NCBI GenBank assembly: GCA_963830745.1
Contig: CAWHNL010000017.1
Span: 115,764-179,763, forward strand
Direction: 5' to 3'
DNA length: 64,000 nt
DNA from: an uncultured Gammaproteobacteria bacterium
GTDB lineage: Bacteria > Pseudomonadota > Gammaproteobacteria > Steroidobacterales > Steroidobacteraceae
Part shown: positions 34,207 to 49,360 of the stretch, piece after piece
How positions within the stretch are numbered: position 1 is the stretch's first letter
Layout of the letters: each line of letters opens with the position of its first letter
Program-made: the position numbers and the translations under genes
Notes under the pieces: model-generated
Databases searched by the model: none
Told to the model about the DNA's origin: nothing
The model's input: only the letters and a program-made list of their open reading frames with translations

Positions 34207-36836
34207 ATGAGAGCGTCCAGCATTGTCGTCGCAGCCGTTTTCGCGGCGTTGACGTTCGCGTTGTGGGCCTGGCTGAACCGGCCCAGCCCCGAGCCGCCGT
34301 GGCCCGACCACGTGCAGGGCATGGCGTTCTCGCCGTTCGGCTCCGGCCAGGACCCGGTGCCGCAAGTGCTGCCCAGCGCCGAGCAGATCGACGCCGATTT
34401 GCGACTGCTCGCCGGCAAGGTGACGGCGGTCCGCACCTACTCTTCGCTCAAGAGCCTCGGGCAGATCGCGGACATCGCCGCACGGCATCAGCTCAAGGTC
34501 GCGCTCGGCGCCTGGCTCGATCGCCAACTCGCGACCAACGAGGCGGAGATCGCCGCCGCGATCGACATCGCCAACCGACATCCGAACGTCATCCGCCTGG
34601 TCATCGGCAACGAGGTGATCCTGCGCAACGATCTCAGCGTCGCCGAGCTGTCCCGCCAGCTCGATCGCGTGCGCGCCGCGGTCGAGCAGCCGGTGAGCAC
34701 CGCCGAGCCGTGGCACGTGTGGATCAAGCATCCGGAGCTGGTCGAGCACGTCGACTACATCGCCGTGCACCTGCTGCCGTACTGGGAAGGCATTCCCGTC
34801 GAGCAGGCGGTCGACTATCTCGCGATGCGCATCGCGCAGCTGGAGCGCGCGTATCCCGGCAAGCAGATCGTCATCGCCGAAGTCGGCTGGCCCTCCGACG
34901 GGCGCACGCGCGAGGGCAGCGGTCGCGTCGACCAGCAACGAAGCGATGTTCCTGCGTCGCTTCCTGCAGCGCGCCCGCGACGAAGGCTACATCTACTACA
35001 TCATGGAAGCGTTCGATCAGCCGTGGAAGGCGCGCTACGAAGGCGCGGTCGGCGCGTACTGGGGCGTGTACGACGTGGATCGCGAGCCGAAGTTCGCGTT
35101 CGTCGAACCGATCGTGCGCATCCCGCAGTGGCAGACGCTCGCGGCGATCTCGGTCGTGCTCGCATCGATGCTGCTCGCGCTTGCTTTACGTACACAGTCG
35201 CACGCTCGACGCGCGCGGCCGCAGCCTGCTGGCAATCGTCGTCTACGCGGTGACCGCCGGCGCGGTGTGGATCATCTACGACTACTCGCAGCAGTACATC
35301 ACGATACGCAGCGTGCTCATCGGCGGACCGCTGATCCTCGGCATGTTCGTCGTGATCGCGGTGCTGATCGCCGAGGCGCACGAATGGGCCGAAGCGCACT
35401 GGGCGATTCCGCGCCGGCGGCCGTTCGTCGTTGCCGCCGCGGCCGGCGCCGCGTTGCCGAAGGTGTCCATCCACGTGCCGGCGTACAACGAGCCGCCGCA
35501 GATGCTGATCGAAACGCTCGATGCGCTCGCGCGGCTCGACTATCCCGACTACGAAGTCATCGTCGTCGACAACAACACGCAGGATGAAGCGGTGTGGCGT
35601 CCGGTCGAGCAGCATTGCGCGCGGCTCGGCGCGCGCTTCCGCTTCTTCCACGTCGATCCGCTGCCGGGCTTCAAGGCCGGCGCGCTCAACTTCGCGCTCG
35701 CGCGCATGCGCGCCGGACGCGCAGATCGTCGCCGTCATCGACAGCGACTACCAGGTCGAGCCCGCCTGGCTGCGCGACCTCGTGCCCGGCCTCGCCGAGC
35801 CGAACGTCGCGATCGTGCAGGCGCCGCAGGACTATCGCGACGGCGGCGAGAGCGCCTTCAAGGCGATGTGCTACGCGGAGTACCGCGGCTTCTTCCTGAT
35901 CGGCATGATCACGCGCAACGAGCGCAACGCGATCATCCAGCACGGCACGATGACGCTGGTGCGGCGGCAGGCGCTCGAACAGGTGGGCGGCTGGGCCGAG
36001 TGGTGCATCACCGAGGACGCCGAGCTCGGACTGCGTTTGTTCGAGCACGGCTACGAGGCGCAGTACCTGCCGCGCAGCTACGGCCGCGGCCTGATGCCGG
36101 AGACCTTCACGGACTACAAGAAGCAGCGATTCCGCTGGGCCTACGGCGCCGTGCAGATTCTGCGAGCGCATGCGCGCGCGCTGTTCTCGCATGCTGACGA
36201 GCGCCTGACGCGCGGCCAGCGCTATCACTTCGTCGCGGGCTGGCTGCCGTGGCTCGCCGACGGTCTCAACCTGCTGTTCACGATCGCCGCGCTCGTCTGG
36301 TCGTTCGCGATGATCGTCGCGCCGCACCGCATCGATCCGCCGCTCATCATGTTCTCGGCGCTGCCGCTGTCGCTGTTCACCTTCAAGCTGGTGAAGCTCG
36401 CGCACCTGTACGCCGCGCGCGTCGGCGCCAACATCCGCCAGACGCTCGCCGCTGCGCTCGCGGGACTCGCGCTGTCGCACACGATCGGCGTCGCGGTGGT
36501 GAAGGCGCTCTTCACTCGCAACCAGCCGTTCTTCCGCACACCCAAGAGCAAACAGCCGCACGCGCTCGTCGAAGGATTCGCGGCCGCCCGCACCGAGAGC
36601 TTGATGCTGATCGCGATACTGCTCGCCGCCCTCGGGCTCACACGGCAGATCGCGCTCGGACCGCACCTGCTCGTCGGCATCCCGGAAGAGCTGCGAGGGC
36701 CGGACGTGTCGGTGTGGGTCGCGGTGCTGCTGATCCAGGCCGTGCCCTACGCCGCAGCGGTGCTGGTTTCGCTGGTCAGCGCAATGTCGCTGCCCGCGCG
36801 CTGGCTCGGTCGCTGCCGACGCTGTCGTCGAGCTAG
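34207..36836 (+). CDS. ndvB: GH17 + GT2 fusion, NdvB-like cyclic beta-(1,3)-glucan synthase
   Basis: GH17 VRTYS, GNE, HLLPYWEG, AEVGWPS, EAFDQPWK; TM block; GT2 VPAYNEP, DSDY, QAPQDYR, TEDAELG, KQRFRWAYG. Confidence 0.85.
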
Positions 36837-36839
36837 CAC

Positions 36840-38264
36840 CTACAGCTTCACCATGACGTGCCGCGGCACGGTGTAGTCCTCGAGCGCGTACACCGACAGG
36901 TCCTTGCCGTACCCCGAGCGCTTCAGGCCGCCGTGCGGCATCTCGCTGACCAGCATGAAGTGCGTGTTGATCCAGGTGCAGCCGTACTGCAGCCGCGCCG
37001 CGACGCGCATCGCCTTGCCGACGTCGTTGGTCCACACCGACGACGCCAGGCCGTAGTCGGAATCGTTGGCCCACTGGATCGCCTGGTCCGCATCCTTGAA
37101 GCGCGTCACCGAGACGACCGGCCCGAACACTTCGCGCCGCACGATCTCGTCGCTCTGCTTCGCGCCCGCGATCACCGTGGGCTCGAAGAAGAAACCGCCG
37201 CCGCCGCGCGATTTGCCGCCGGTCGTGATCTCGATGTGGCGGCTCTTGTCGGCGCGATTGACGAAGCCCGCGACGCGCGAGCGCTGCTTCGCGCTGATCA
37301 GCGGCCCCATCTCGACGCCCTCCTCGTCCTGCTTGCCGACCTTGATGGAAGCGGCGGCGCTCGTCAGATCGGCGACCAGCTTGTCGTAGATCTTCGGCCC
37401 GGCGTAGATGCGGCACGCGGCCGTGCAGTCCTGGCCGGCGTTGTAGAAGCCGAAAGTGCGCACGCCGCTCACCACCGCGTCGCGGTCGGCGTCGTCGAAC
37501 ACGATCACCGGCGCCTTGCCGCCGAGCTCCAGGTGCGTGCGCTTCGCGCCCTTCGCTGCCGCCTGCAGCACCTTCTCGCCCGTCGATACGTCGCCGGTGA
37601 GCGAGATCATCGCGACCTGCGGCTGCGAGATCAGCGATGCGCCGACCGTCGGGCCTCTGCCGTGCACGATGTTGACGACTCCGGGCGGGAACAGCTCCGC
37701 GAGCAGCGTCGCGAGCTTGAGCGTCGTGAGCGGCGTCTGCTCGGACGGCTTGAGCACGATCGTGTTGCCGCCCGCGAGCGCGGGCGACAGCTTCCACGCC
37801 GCCATCATCAGCGGGTAGTTCCAGGGCGCGATCGACGCGACCACACCGACCGGATCGCGACGGATCATGCTGGTGAAGCCGGGCAGGTACTCGCCGGCGA
37901 CCGCGCCGTGCAGCGTGCGCGCGGCGCCCGCGAAGAAACGAAACACGTCGACGATGGCCGGAATCTCGTCGTTCATGACCGCGGTGTAGGGCTTGCCGCA
38001 GTTCTGCGACTCCAGCCGCGCGTAGTCCGCCGCTTCGGATTCGATGCGCTCGGCGATCTTCAGCAGCAGCGCCGCGCGGTCCTTCGGCACGGTGGCGCTC
38101 CACGCCGGAAAAGCCTTGGCCGCCGCCGACACGGCGCTTGCGATCTGCTCCGGCGACGCCTCGGCGACCGTCACGAGCGGCTTGCCGGTGGCGGGATCGA
38201 GCACGTCTTCCTTCGCGCCCTTGCCGGCGACCAGCTTGCCGTTGATGAGCAACTTCGTATTCAT
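36840..38264 (-). CDS. patD: Gamma-aminobutyraldehyde dehydrogenase (YdcW/PatD)
   Basis: [54 protein letters not shown]; located in a ydcSTUV operon. Confidence 0.9.
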   Translation of the reverse strand: MNTKLLINGKLVAGKGAKEDVLDPATGKPLVTVAEASPEQIASAVSAAAKAFPAWSATVPKDRAALLLKIAERIESEAADYARLESQNCGKPYTAVMNDEIPAIVDVFRFFAGAARTLHGAVAGEYLPGFTSMIRRDPVGVVASIAPWNYPLMMAAWKLSPALAGGNTIVLKPSEQTPLTTLKLATLLAELFPPGVVNIVHGRGPTVGASLISQPQVAMISLTGDVSTGEKVLQAAAKGAKRTHLELGGKAPVIVFDDADRDAVVSGVRTFGFYNAGQDCTAACRIYAGPKIYDKLVADLTSAAASIKVGKQDEEGVEMGPLISAKQRSRVAGFVNRADKSRHIEITTGGKSRGGGGFFFEPTVIAGAKQSDEIVRREVFGPVVSVTRFKDADQAIQWANDSDYGLASSVWTNDVGKAMRVAARLQYGCTWINTHFMLVSEMPHGGLKRSGYGKDLSVYALEDYTVPRHVMVKL

Positions 38265-39070
38265 GGTCGGAACCTCGCCGGCGTCAGACGGTAGGCCAGC
38301 AGGATCGGGATGAACGTCACGACCATCACGACGACCGCGACCACGTTGGTGATCGGCCGCTCGCGCGGCCGGAACAGCTCGTTGAAGAACCAGATCGGCA
38401 GCGTGCGGTCGTGCCCGGCCGTGAACAGCGTGACGATGATCTCGTCGAACGACAGCGCGAACGCCAGCATGCCGCCGGCGAGCAGCGCGGTGGCGCTCTG
38501 CGGCAGCACGATGTGCCGGAAGGTCTGCCAGCCGTCGGCGCCGAGGTCCATCGAGGCTTCGATCCAGCTGTGCGGCAGGCGCCGCAAGCGCGCGACGACG
38601 TTGTTGTAGACGATGACGATGCAGAACGTCGCGTGGCCCGCGACGATCGTCCAGAAGCCGGGATCGATGCCGCGCGCTCTTGATCGCGGCGAGCAGCGCG
38701 ATGCCGGTGACGATGCCGGGCAGCGCGATCGGCAGCACCAGCAGCACCGTGATGCTTTCCTTGCCGCGGAAGCTGCTGCGCGCCATGGCGAGCGCAGTCA
38801 GCGAGCCGAGCACGATCGCGAGCAACGTCGCGACGGCGGCAACTGACAACGACAGCCGCATCGCCGCCCAGATATCGGCGCGCGCGAACGCGGCCTCGAA
38901 CCAGTGCAGCGTCAGGCCCGGCGGCGGAAATTCGTAGGTGCGATCGGCAGTAGTGAACGCGTACAAGCACGATGACGAGCACCGGCAGGTGCATGAACGC
39001 GAGGCCGGCGTACGCGGCGAGGCGCGCGGCGAGCGAAGGCTCGATTCCAGCGCCGCGGTCTAGAGCGCAT
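38261..39070 (-). CDS. ydcV: Polyamine-type ABC permease YdcV
   Basis: [34 protein letters not shown] loop, LAFALSFDE. Confidence 0.85.
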
Positions 39071-39969
39071 CGAACGCTCCCGCGCGCTTCGCGAGCGTGA
39101 GGTAGATCATGATCAGCACGATCGGCACGACCGAGAACGCGGCGGCGAGCGGAATGTTGCCGGCCGTTCCCTGCTGCTGATAGACCATCATGCCGATGAA
39201 GTAGCCGGGCGCGCCGACGACGCTCGGGATGATGTAGTCGCCGAGCGTCAGCGAGAACGTGAACACCGATCCGGCGGCGAGACCGGGCAGCGCGAGCGGC
39301 AACGTGACAGTGCGGAACGTCTGCGCCGGCCGCGCGCCGAGATCGGCCGACGCCTGCAGCAACGACTCCGGCACTTTCTCCAGCGCGGCGGCGAGCGGCA
39401 GGATCATGAACGGCAGCCACATGTAGACGAACACGATGAACATGCCGAGGTACGAAGCGGACAGCGACGGGCCGCCGATAGCCGGGAACGCGCAGCACCG
39501 CTTCGAGCGCGGCGCCGAGACCGACGGTGTCGAGCAGCCAGCTGAGGATGCCCTGCTTCGCGAGGATCAGCCGCCACGCGTACACCTTCACGAGATAGCT
39601 CATCCACATCGGCAGCATGACGCCGACGTAGAAGAACGCCCGCGTGCGCGGCGACGCGTAGCGAACCATGTAGTTCGCGATCGGCAGCGCGATCGCTGCG
39701 CAGGCGATCGTCACCGCAACCGCCATCGACAGCGTGCGCAGGATGATGTCGACGTTGGCGGGCTGCGTGACGACCTGCTTGTACGTCGCGAGCGTCGGCT
39801 CGTAGACGACCTTCGCCGTGAACTCGTCGATCGAGTAGATGCTCTGCGCCAGCAGCGTGAACAGCGAACCGAGGTACACCGTGCCGAACCACAGCAGCGG
39901 CGGAATCAGCAGCAGCAGTGACGTACAGCGTCGGCCGCCGATACAGAAAGCGTCGACAGCGCGCGTCAC
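39060..39969 (-). CDS. ydcU: Polyamine-type ABC permease YdcU
   Basis: PPLLWFGTVYLGSL, MLPMWMSYLVKVYAW, LPFMILP, ASADLGA, FSLTLGDY. Confidence 0.85.
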
Positions 39970-40995
39970 GGCGATTCCGCAGTAGTCAGCGGCACGGCGT
40001 CGCCGCGCGCCCATTCGAGCCGCACGCGCGCGCCGACTCTGAAGTCGGCGTCGATGCCCGCGTCCGGCAGACGCCGCGGCGAACACTTCGCCGCTTTCGA
40101 GCCGCACCTGCCAGCGACTCATCGCGCCGTGATACTGCACGTCCGCGACGTCGCCGATGCAACTCATCGTGTCGCCGTTGGCAGGAGCAGCCGGCGCGCG
40201 CAGCCGAATGTTCTCGGCACGCACCGCGAACGGCTCGGCGCGACCGCTGAGCCGCTGCGCCAATTCGCCCGTGACCACGTTCGCGCTGCCGACGAAGCGC
40301 GCGACGAACGCGGTGGCCGGGCGCGTGTACAGCGCACGCGGCGTGTCGAGCTGCTCGATCCTGCCGTGATTGAACACGGCGACGCGATCCGCCATCGACA
40401 GCGCCTCGCCCTGGTCGTGCGTGACGAACACGAACGTGATGCCGAGCCGGCGCTGCAGATTCTTCAGCTCGATCTGCATCTCCTCGCGCAGCTTCAGATC
40501 GAGCGCGCCGAGCGGCTCGTCGAGCAGCAGCACGCGCGGCTGATTGATGAGCGCGCGCGCCAGCGAAACGCGCTGCCGCTGACCGCCGGAGAGCTGCGCT
40601 GGACGGCGCTCGCCGAAGTGCCCGAGCTGCACGAGCTCGAGCATTTCGAGCGCGCGCCGCTGCCGCTCGTCCTTGCCCTGACCGCGCACGCGCGGCCCGT
40701 AGGCGACGTTCTCCAGCACGCTCATGTGCGGGAACAGGGCGTAGTCCTGGAAAACCGTGTTGACGTCGCGCGCATACGGCGGATCGTCGGTGACGTCGCG
40801 GCCGTTCAGCAGCACGCTGCCGCTGTCGGGCGTCTCGAAGCCGGCGATCAGCCGCAGGCACGTCGTCTTGCCCGAGCCCGAAGGCCCGAGCATCGCGAAG
40901 AACTCTCCGGCCTGCACCGTCAGCGAGACGCGATCGACGGCGCGCACTTCACCGTAGACGCGCGAAACATCGCGGAACTCGATGGCGGCTGTCAT
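39966..40995 (-). CDS. ydcT: Polyamine-type ABC ATP-binding protein YdcT
   Basis: GPSGSGKTT, FQDYALFPHM, LSGGQRQR, LLDEPLGALD, VTHDQ. Confidence 0.9.
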
Positions 40996-41025
40996 GAGCC
41001 GGCAGCGTTCGCAACGCGGGCGGCG

Positions 41026-42233
41026 CTACCTGCCTCCCATCACCGCGACGTAGTCGGTCGCCCAGCGGCTGTACGGAACGCAGGCATTGTTCTGCGTCGC
41101 GCAGTTCGCTTCCGGCGTGCGCCAGAACTTGATCTTGTCGAAGTTGTCGATGCCGTTGGTCTTGCAGCCTTCGGCGCCGAGCAGCTCGTTGTTGGTCGCA
41201 GGCCGCCGGCACGACCGGCACGGAGCCGAACCACGCAGCGACGTCGCCCTGCACCTTCGGACTGATCGACCATTCGAGCCACTTGTAGGCGCAGTTCGGA
41301 TGCTTGGCGTTGGCGTGCATCATCGTCGTGTCCGCCCACCCGGTGGCGCCCTCGGCCGGCACAGTGCTCGCGATCGGCTGCTTGTTCGCGACCAGCGTGT
41401 TGACCTGGAACGGCCACGAGCCGGATGCGACCACGCCCTCGTTCGTCATGTCCTGCACCTGCACGTTCGCGTCGTGCCAGTAGCGCTGGATCAGCGGATG
41501 CTGCGTGCGCAGCACGTCGAGCGCCGCCGCGTACTGCTGCTCGTTGAGCTCGTACGGATCCTTGATGCCGAGCTCCGGCTTCTTCGTCATCAGGTACAGC
41601 GCCGCGTCGGCGATGTAGATCGGCCCGTCGTAGGCCTGCACGCGGCCCTTGTTCGGCTTGCCGTCCGGGAGCTTCTGCGGCTCGAACACCACGCTCCACG
41701 AAGTCGGCGGCTTCTTGAACACCTTGCGTGTTGTACATGAGGACGTTCGGTCCCCACTGGTACGGCACGCCGTAGTGCTTGCCGTCGACGAAGTGCCACG
41801 GCGCTTCCTTCAGGCGCGGGTCGACGCTGTCGTACGACGGCACCTTCGTGATGTCGACCGGCTGCACCGTGCCGCCGCGGATCAGGCGCAGCGAGGCGTC
41901 GCCGGAGGCCGTCACGAGGTCGTAGCCGCCCTGGTTCATCAGCGACACCATCTCGTCGGAAGTGCCGGCGGTCTTGATGTTGACCTTGCAGCCGGTGTCG
42001 GCCTCGAACTTCGTCACCCAGTCGTAGCTCTTGTCGCTCTCGCCGCGCTCGATGTAGCCGGGCCACGCGACGATGTCGACCTGCCCTTCGAGCGCCGTGG
42101 ACGCTGCTTCATTCTGGGGCGCGGCGGGCGCGGGCTCTTCCTTCTTGCCGCAGGCCGCGACGGCGCAGGCGAGACCGCACAGCAGGAGCACGCGAGGCAC
42201 CCACACGGGAAGGGACGTTCTGGTGGACCGCAT
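41026..42233 (-). CDS. ydcS: ABC substrate-binding lipoprotein YdcS
   Basis: Lipobox AVAAC; IVAWPGYIERGE.DK.YDWV, SGDASLRLI, GWADTTM, DYVAVMGGR*. Confidence 0.88.
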
Positions 42234-42392
42234 AGGAAACTCCCCATGAAAGATGTTCTTGAGCTCGATGGGTGCCGCGTGAGTGTACTCGCCCGGCATC
42301 CGCCTTTCACGAAGTCAGCCTTCGCCCGCGCCGTGGTCGTGCGTTTCCGCAGTTGCCGCACGCGCGAAGCGCGCGCCGACAATCGCGCCGCC

Positions 42393-43791
42393 ATGACGGA
42401 CCCCACGGTGCTGCTGCTGTCGCGGATCCAGTTCGGATTCGTGATGAGCTTTCACATCATCTTTCCTGCGTTCACGATCGGGCTGGCGAGCTGGCTGGCG
42501 TTCCTGGCCGGCGCGTACCTGAAGACGCGCCGCGCGCTGTGGCGCGACCTGTACGTGTTCTGGCTGAAGATCTTCGCCGTGTCGTTCGCGCTCGGCGTCG
42601 TGTCGGGCATCGTCATGAGCTTTCAGTTCGGCACCAACTGGGCCGAGCTGTCGACGCGCGCCGGCAACATCCTCGGCCCGCTGCTCGCGTACGAAGTGCT
42701 GACCGCGTTCTTCCTGGAAGCGACTTTCCTCGGCGTGATGCTGTTCGGCTGGCGGCGCGTGTCGCCGCGGCTGCACTTCCTCGCCACCTGCATGGTGGCG
42801 CTCGGCACGCTGATCTCGACGTTCTGGATCATCTCGGCGAACAGCTGGATGCACACGCCCGCCGGATACCGCATCGTCGACGGCGTGTTCATGCCGGAGA
42901 GCTGGTGGAGCATCGTGTTCAATCCGTCGTTCCCGGTGCGCCTCGCGCACATGACGCTCGCCGCGTTCATCACCACGTGCTTCGTGATCGGCGGCATCAG
43001 CGCGACGTACCTCCTGCGTCAGCGCCATCGCGAGGCGGCGCAGCTGATGCTCAAGCTGTCGATCTGCTTCGCCGCGATCGCAGTGCCGCTGCAGGTCGTG
43101 GTCGGCGACCTGCACGGCCTGAAGGTGCGCGATCACCAGCCGATGAAGCTGGCCGCGATCGAAGGGCACTGGGAAACGGTGCGCGGCGCGTCGCTGATCC
43201 TGTTCGCGTGGCCGGACCAGGCGCGCGAGACGAATCGCTACGAGGTGAGCGTGCCGAAGCTCGGCAGCCTGATCCTGACGCACGACATCGACGGCGAGGT
43301 CGCGGGCCTGAAGGAAGTCGCGCCGGAGCTGCGGCCGCCGGTCGCGCCGGTGTTCTTCGGCTTCCGCGTGATGGTCGGCATCGGCATCCTGATGCTCTCG
43401 CTCGTCGCGTGGTCGGCGCTGGCAGTGGCGACGCGGCCGGTTGTTCGAATCGAAGCTCGTGTTGCGCGCGTGGATGCTGATGACGCCCGCGGGCTTCATC
43501 GCGGTGCTCGCGGGCTGGTACACGACGGAGATCGGGCGCCAGCCGTACGTCGTCTACGGCCTGCTGCGCACGTCGCAGGCTGCGACCGCAATCGACGCCG
43601 GCAGCGTGCTCACGTCGCTGATCGTCTTCGCGACGGTGTATTTGTTCGTCTTCATCTCCGGCACCTACTACCTGCTCAAGCTGCTGCGCAAAGGCCCGCA
43701 GCCGGTCGAGCAGGCGCTGCTGCATCCCGAAGAGAAGACCGCGCAGCGGCCGCTCTCGCTGCCGGAAGAGCTGCTCGAGGACAGCGGCTGA
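42393..43791 (+). CDS. cydA: Cytochrome bd-type quinol oxidase subunit I (short Q-loop, CIO-type)
   Basis: LSRIQF..SFHIIFP, FQFGTNW, FFLEATFLG, ANSWMHTPAG, KLAAIEG, EIGRQP. Confidence 0.93.
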
Positions 43792-43793
43792 TC

Positions 43794-44807
43794 ATGGAGG
43801 GCGCGACGGTACTGCCGGTCGTCTGGTTCGCGCATCATCGCCTTCGGCGTGCTGATGTACGTGCTGATGGACGGCTTCGTGCTCGGCATCGGCACCTGGC
43901 GCTGTTCGCCGAGGACGAGCCGCAGCTCGATCACATGATGAACACGGCCGCGCCGATCTGGGACGGCAACGAGACCTGGCTGGTGCTGGGCGGCGCCGGA
44001 CTGCTGGCCGCGTTCCCGAAGGCGTACGCGATCATGCTGTCGACGCTCTACCTGCCGGTGCTGTTGATGCTGATCGCGCTCGTGCTGCGCGGCGTGTCGT
44101 TCGAGTTCCGCTTCAAGGCGCAAGACGTCGAAGCACATCTGGGGCGTGTGCTTCGCGTTCGGCTCGATCGCCGCCGCGTTCGCGCAGGGGCTGATGCTCG
44201 GCGCGATCGTCGAAGGCATGCCGCTGCAGGGCGGCAAATATCTGCGGCGGCGCGTTCGCCTGGTTCAGCCCGTTCTCGATGCTGACCGCGGTCGCGGTCG
44301 TGTTCGGCTACGCGCTGCTGGGCAGCACCTGGCTGATCATGAAGACCGACGGCGCGCTGCAGAACGTCGCGTTCGCGCTGACACGGCCTCTGGTTGTCGG
44401 TCGTCGTTGCGTTCATGGGGCTGGTCAGCACCTGGCTGCCGTTCCTGAGCAGCCAGGTGATGGCGCGCTGGTTCGAGAGCGGCAATTTCCTGTGGCTCTC
44501 GCCGGTGCCGCTGCTCGCGCTCGCGAATGCGGTGTGGTTGTGGCGGGCAGTCGTGCGGCGCGCCGAATACATGCCCTTCATCCTGGCGCTGACGTTCTTC
44601 GCGCTGGGCTTCGTCGGGTTGGTGCTGGGGATCTGGCCGAACCTGTTGCCGCCGGACCTGACCATCTGGAAGGCGGCCGCGCCGCCCGCGAGCCAGGGAT
44701 TCGTGCTCGTCGGCACGCTGATCATGCTGCCCGCCGTGCTGGGCTACACGTGGTGGTCGTACTCGGTGTTCCGCGGCAAGGTCGCCGCGGACAGCGGCTA
44801 CCACTGA
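43794..44807 (+). CDS. cydB: Cytochrome bd-type quinol oxidase subunit II
   Basis: YVLMDGF.LGIG, APIWDGNETWLVLGG, LRGVSFEFR, SYSVFRGKV. Confidence 0.92.
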
Positions 44808-45043
44808 ACCTTTACAGCCCGACTTGCTAGAACCGGACTGGCCGGCTCGCGCCGCCGCCGCCGAACAGCCCTTTGCGAACGGGTTGCGGTCTCGATGTGA
44901 CGTCGGCGCATGGCGAACTCCGATATTCCTGGATGGACGACAGGATAGCTCAGGAGCAGTCAAGATTGCCCATGCGCTCGCGCCGATTCAAGCCGACGGA
45001 AGGACAGGCGGGCGCGCCGCGCCTTAAGATGGGCGCCACCGGG

Positions 45044-47769
<2,726 letters not shown>

Positions 47770-47867
47770 TCCTATCGTCCGGCTCGCGTGCGCGGCCACA
47801 ATCGCGCAGAATCCGCAGCCTCGCACGCCGACCTGCCAACAAGAGCTGAAGTCCAGGGAGAGCTTCC

Positions 47868-49071
47868 ATGCGAATTCTGATTGCCGACGATTCGTCGACC
47901 CTGCCCGCGTCGGTGCAGGACCTGTTCGGACGCGCGCCGGTCGGCAAGTCTGCGGACAAGACCCCGAGCGTCGAGAGCGTCATCCTCGCTTTCAGCGGCA
48001 GCCCGGCTGCCGCGGCCGCGCCGGCAAAGGGCATGAGCGCCGACAGCGGCGCCGACGGCTGCCCGCGGCCCGAGCCACTGCCACCCTGCCCGCCGTGCAG
48101 CCTGCACGATCAGCCGGAGCTGCTCGCCACGATCCTCGATGCGATCGGCATGGCGCTGCTGAACCGCGGCTGCCTCGATGCCGGCAGCAGATTCGTGATG
48201 GCAGCGCGGGACATCCGGCTCGCGCACTTCGGCAAGAACCATCCGTTCACGGCGGCGAGCTACAACAGCTACTCACGCGTGCTGCGCATCCGCGACGAGC
48301 TGATCGAGGCCGAGAAAGAGGTCGGCAAGGCGATCGTCATCAACCGCAAGGTCTATGGCAGCAACGGCTTGCCGCTGGCGGCGAACATGAACGAGCTCGG
48401 CGCCGTGCGCCTCTACCAGGGCGATTTCAGCGGCGCGCTGAAGGCGGCCGAGCGCGGGCTCGCGATCCTCAAGAAGTGCGGCGTGTCATCGACGACGATC
48501 CGAACACCAGCCGCCTGCTGGACGTCAAAGGGCGCGCGCTGCTCGGCCTCGGCAAGCTCGGCCCGGCGAACACAGCGCTGTCACAGGCCGTGAAGCTCGA
48601 CCAGAAGCAGGTCGGCGTCGACCATCCCAAGTACGCAACCCACCGGGCCAACCTCGCGACCGTGCAGGAAGAGCAGAAAAATCTGGCCGCAGCCGAGCAG
48701 GGTTACTTGGAGGCCGTGCGCGTCTACGAGCAGGTGCTGGGCCGGGTCGGCCATCCCAACCTGATCGATACCTACGCGAATCTCGGGTACGCTGCTGGCG
48801 AAGACCGGCAATTTCGCGACCGCGAAGGACTATCTGTGCAAGGCACTGGGCCTGAACCAGCAACTGCGCGGCGCCGGCCATACGCTGGTCGGCAACGACC
48901 ATGCGAACCTGGGATACCTCTACTACACGACCGGCGACAGAGCCGCGGCGTGCGAGCAGTTCAAGAAGGCGCTGGAAATCTACGCTGGCCAACGTCAAGT
49001 GCAAACGGCTGCCGAAGAAGCATCCCTACATCGCGCAAGCGCAGGTGTGGCTGAAGCGGGCCCAATGCTGA
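47868..49071 (+). CDS. Cys-rich TPR-repeat protein with a receiver-like first strand
   Basis: MRILIADDS start; CPRPEPLPPCPPC; repeats FGKNHPFTAASYN, VGVDHPKYATHRANLA, HPNLIDTYANLG; frameshifts. Confidence 0.8.
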
Positions 49072-49085
49072 GGAAAACGCCCTGC

Positions 49086-49121
49086 AAAAAAAGACGCCGG
49101 CGGTCTCGCGACGGCCGGCGT
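49086..49121 (-). terminator. Rho-independent terminator on the minus strand
   Basis: Minus strand ACGCCGGC-C-GTC-GCGA-GAC-C-GCCGGCGT-C-TTTTTTT (GNRA loop and U7 tail on the minus strand only). Confidence 0.8.
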
Positions 49122-49148
49122 AACGCTCTCACGGGGGAACCGATTGCG
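49086..49148 (-). ncRNA. Candidate small RNA of about 60 nt
   Basis: Minus-strand terminator lies between two plus-strand genes; 5' single-stranded C-rich GGTTCCCCCGTGAGAG; 5' end inferred. Confidence 0.45.
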
Positions 49149-49360
49149 CGGATGATCCTCGCCTCGAACCCCGGGCCACGCCATACGCCCAAAGGGCTGA
49201 ACGTGACGCAGGTCTCACTGCGCTGCACCAAAGGGCAATTGCCGCGCGCCTTAGCCCGGACGTACGATGGCCCGCGTTCGATACCGGGACTACAACCGTG
49301 TCGGTCGCAGCTGGGGCGCTGCGACTCGTTCATTGGCAGATGTTGATACCGGGGACTGTC

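Noticed and set aside
36840-38966. 708-aa apparent permease-aldehyde dehydrogenase fusion
   Set aside because: A frameshift in ydcV runs into the patD frame; patD has its own RBS and ATG at 38264 overlapping the ydcV stop.
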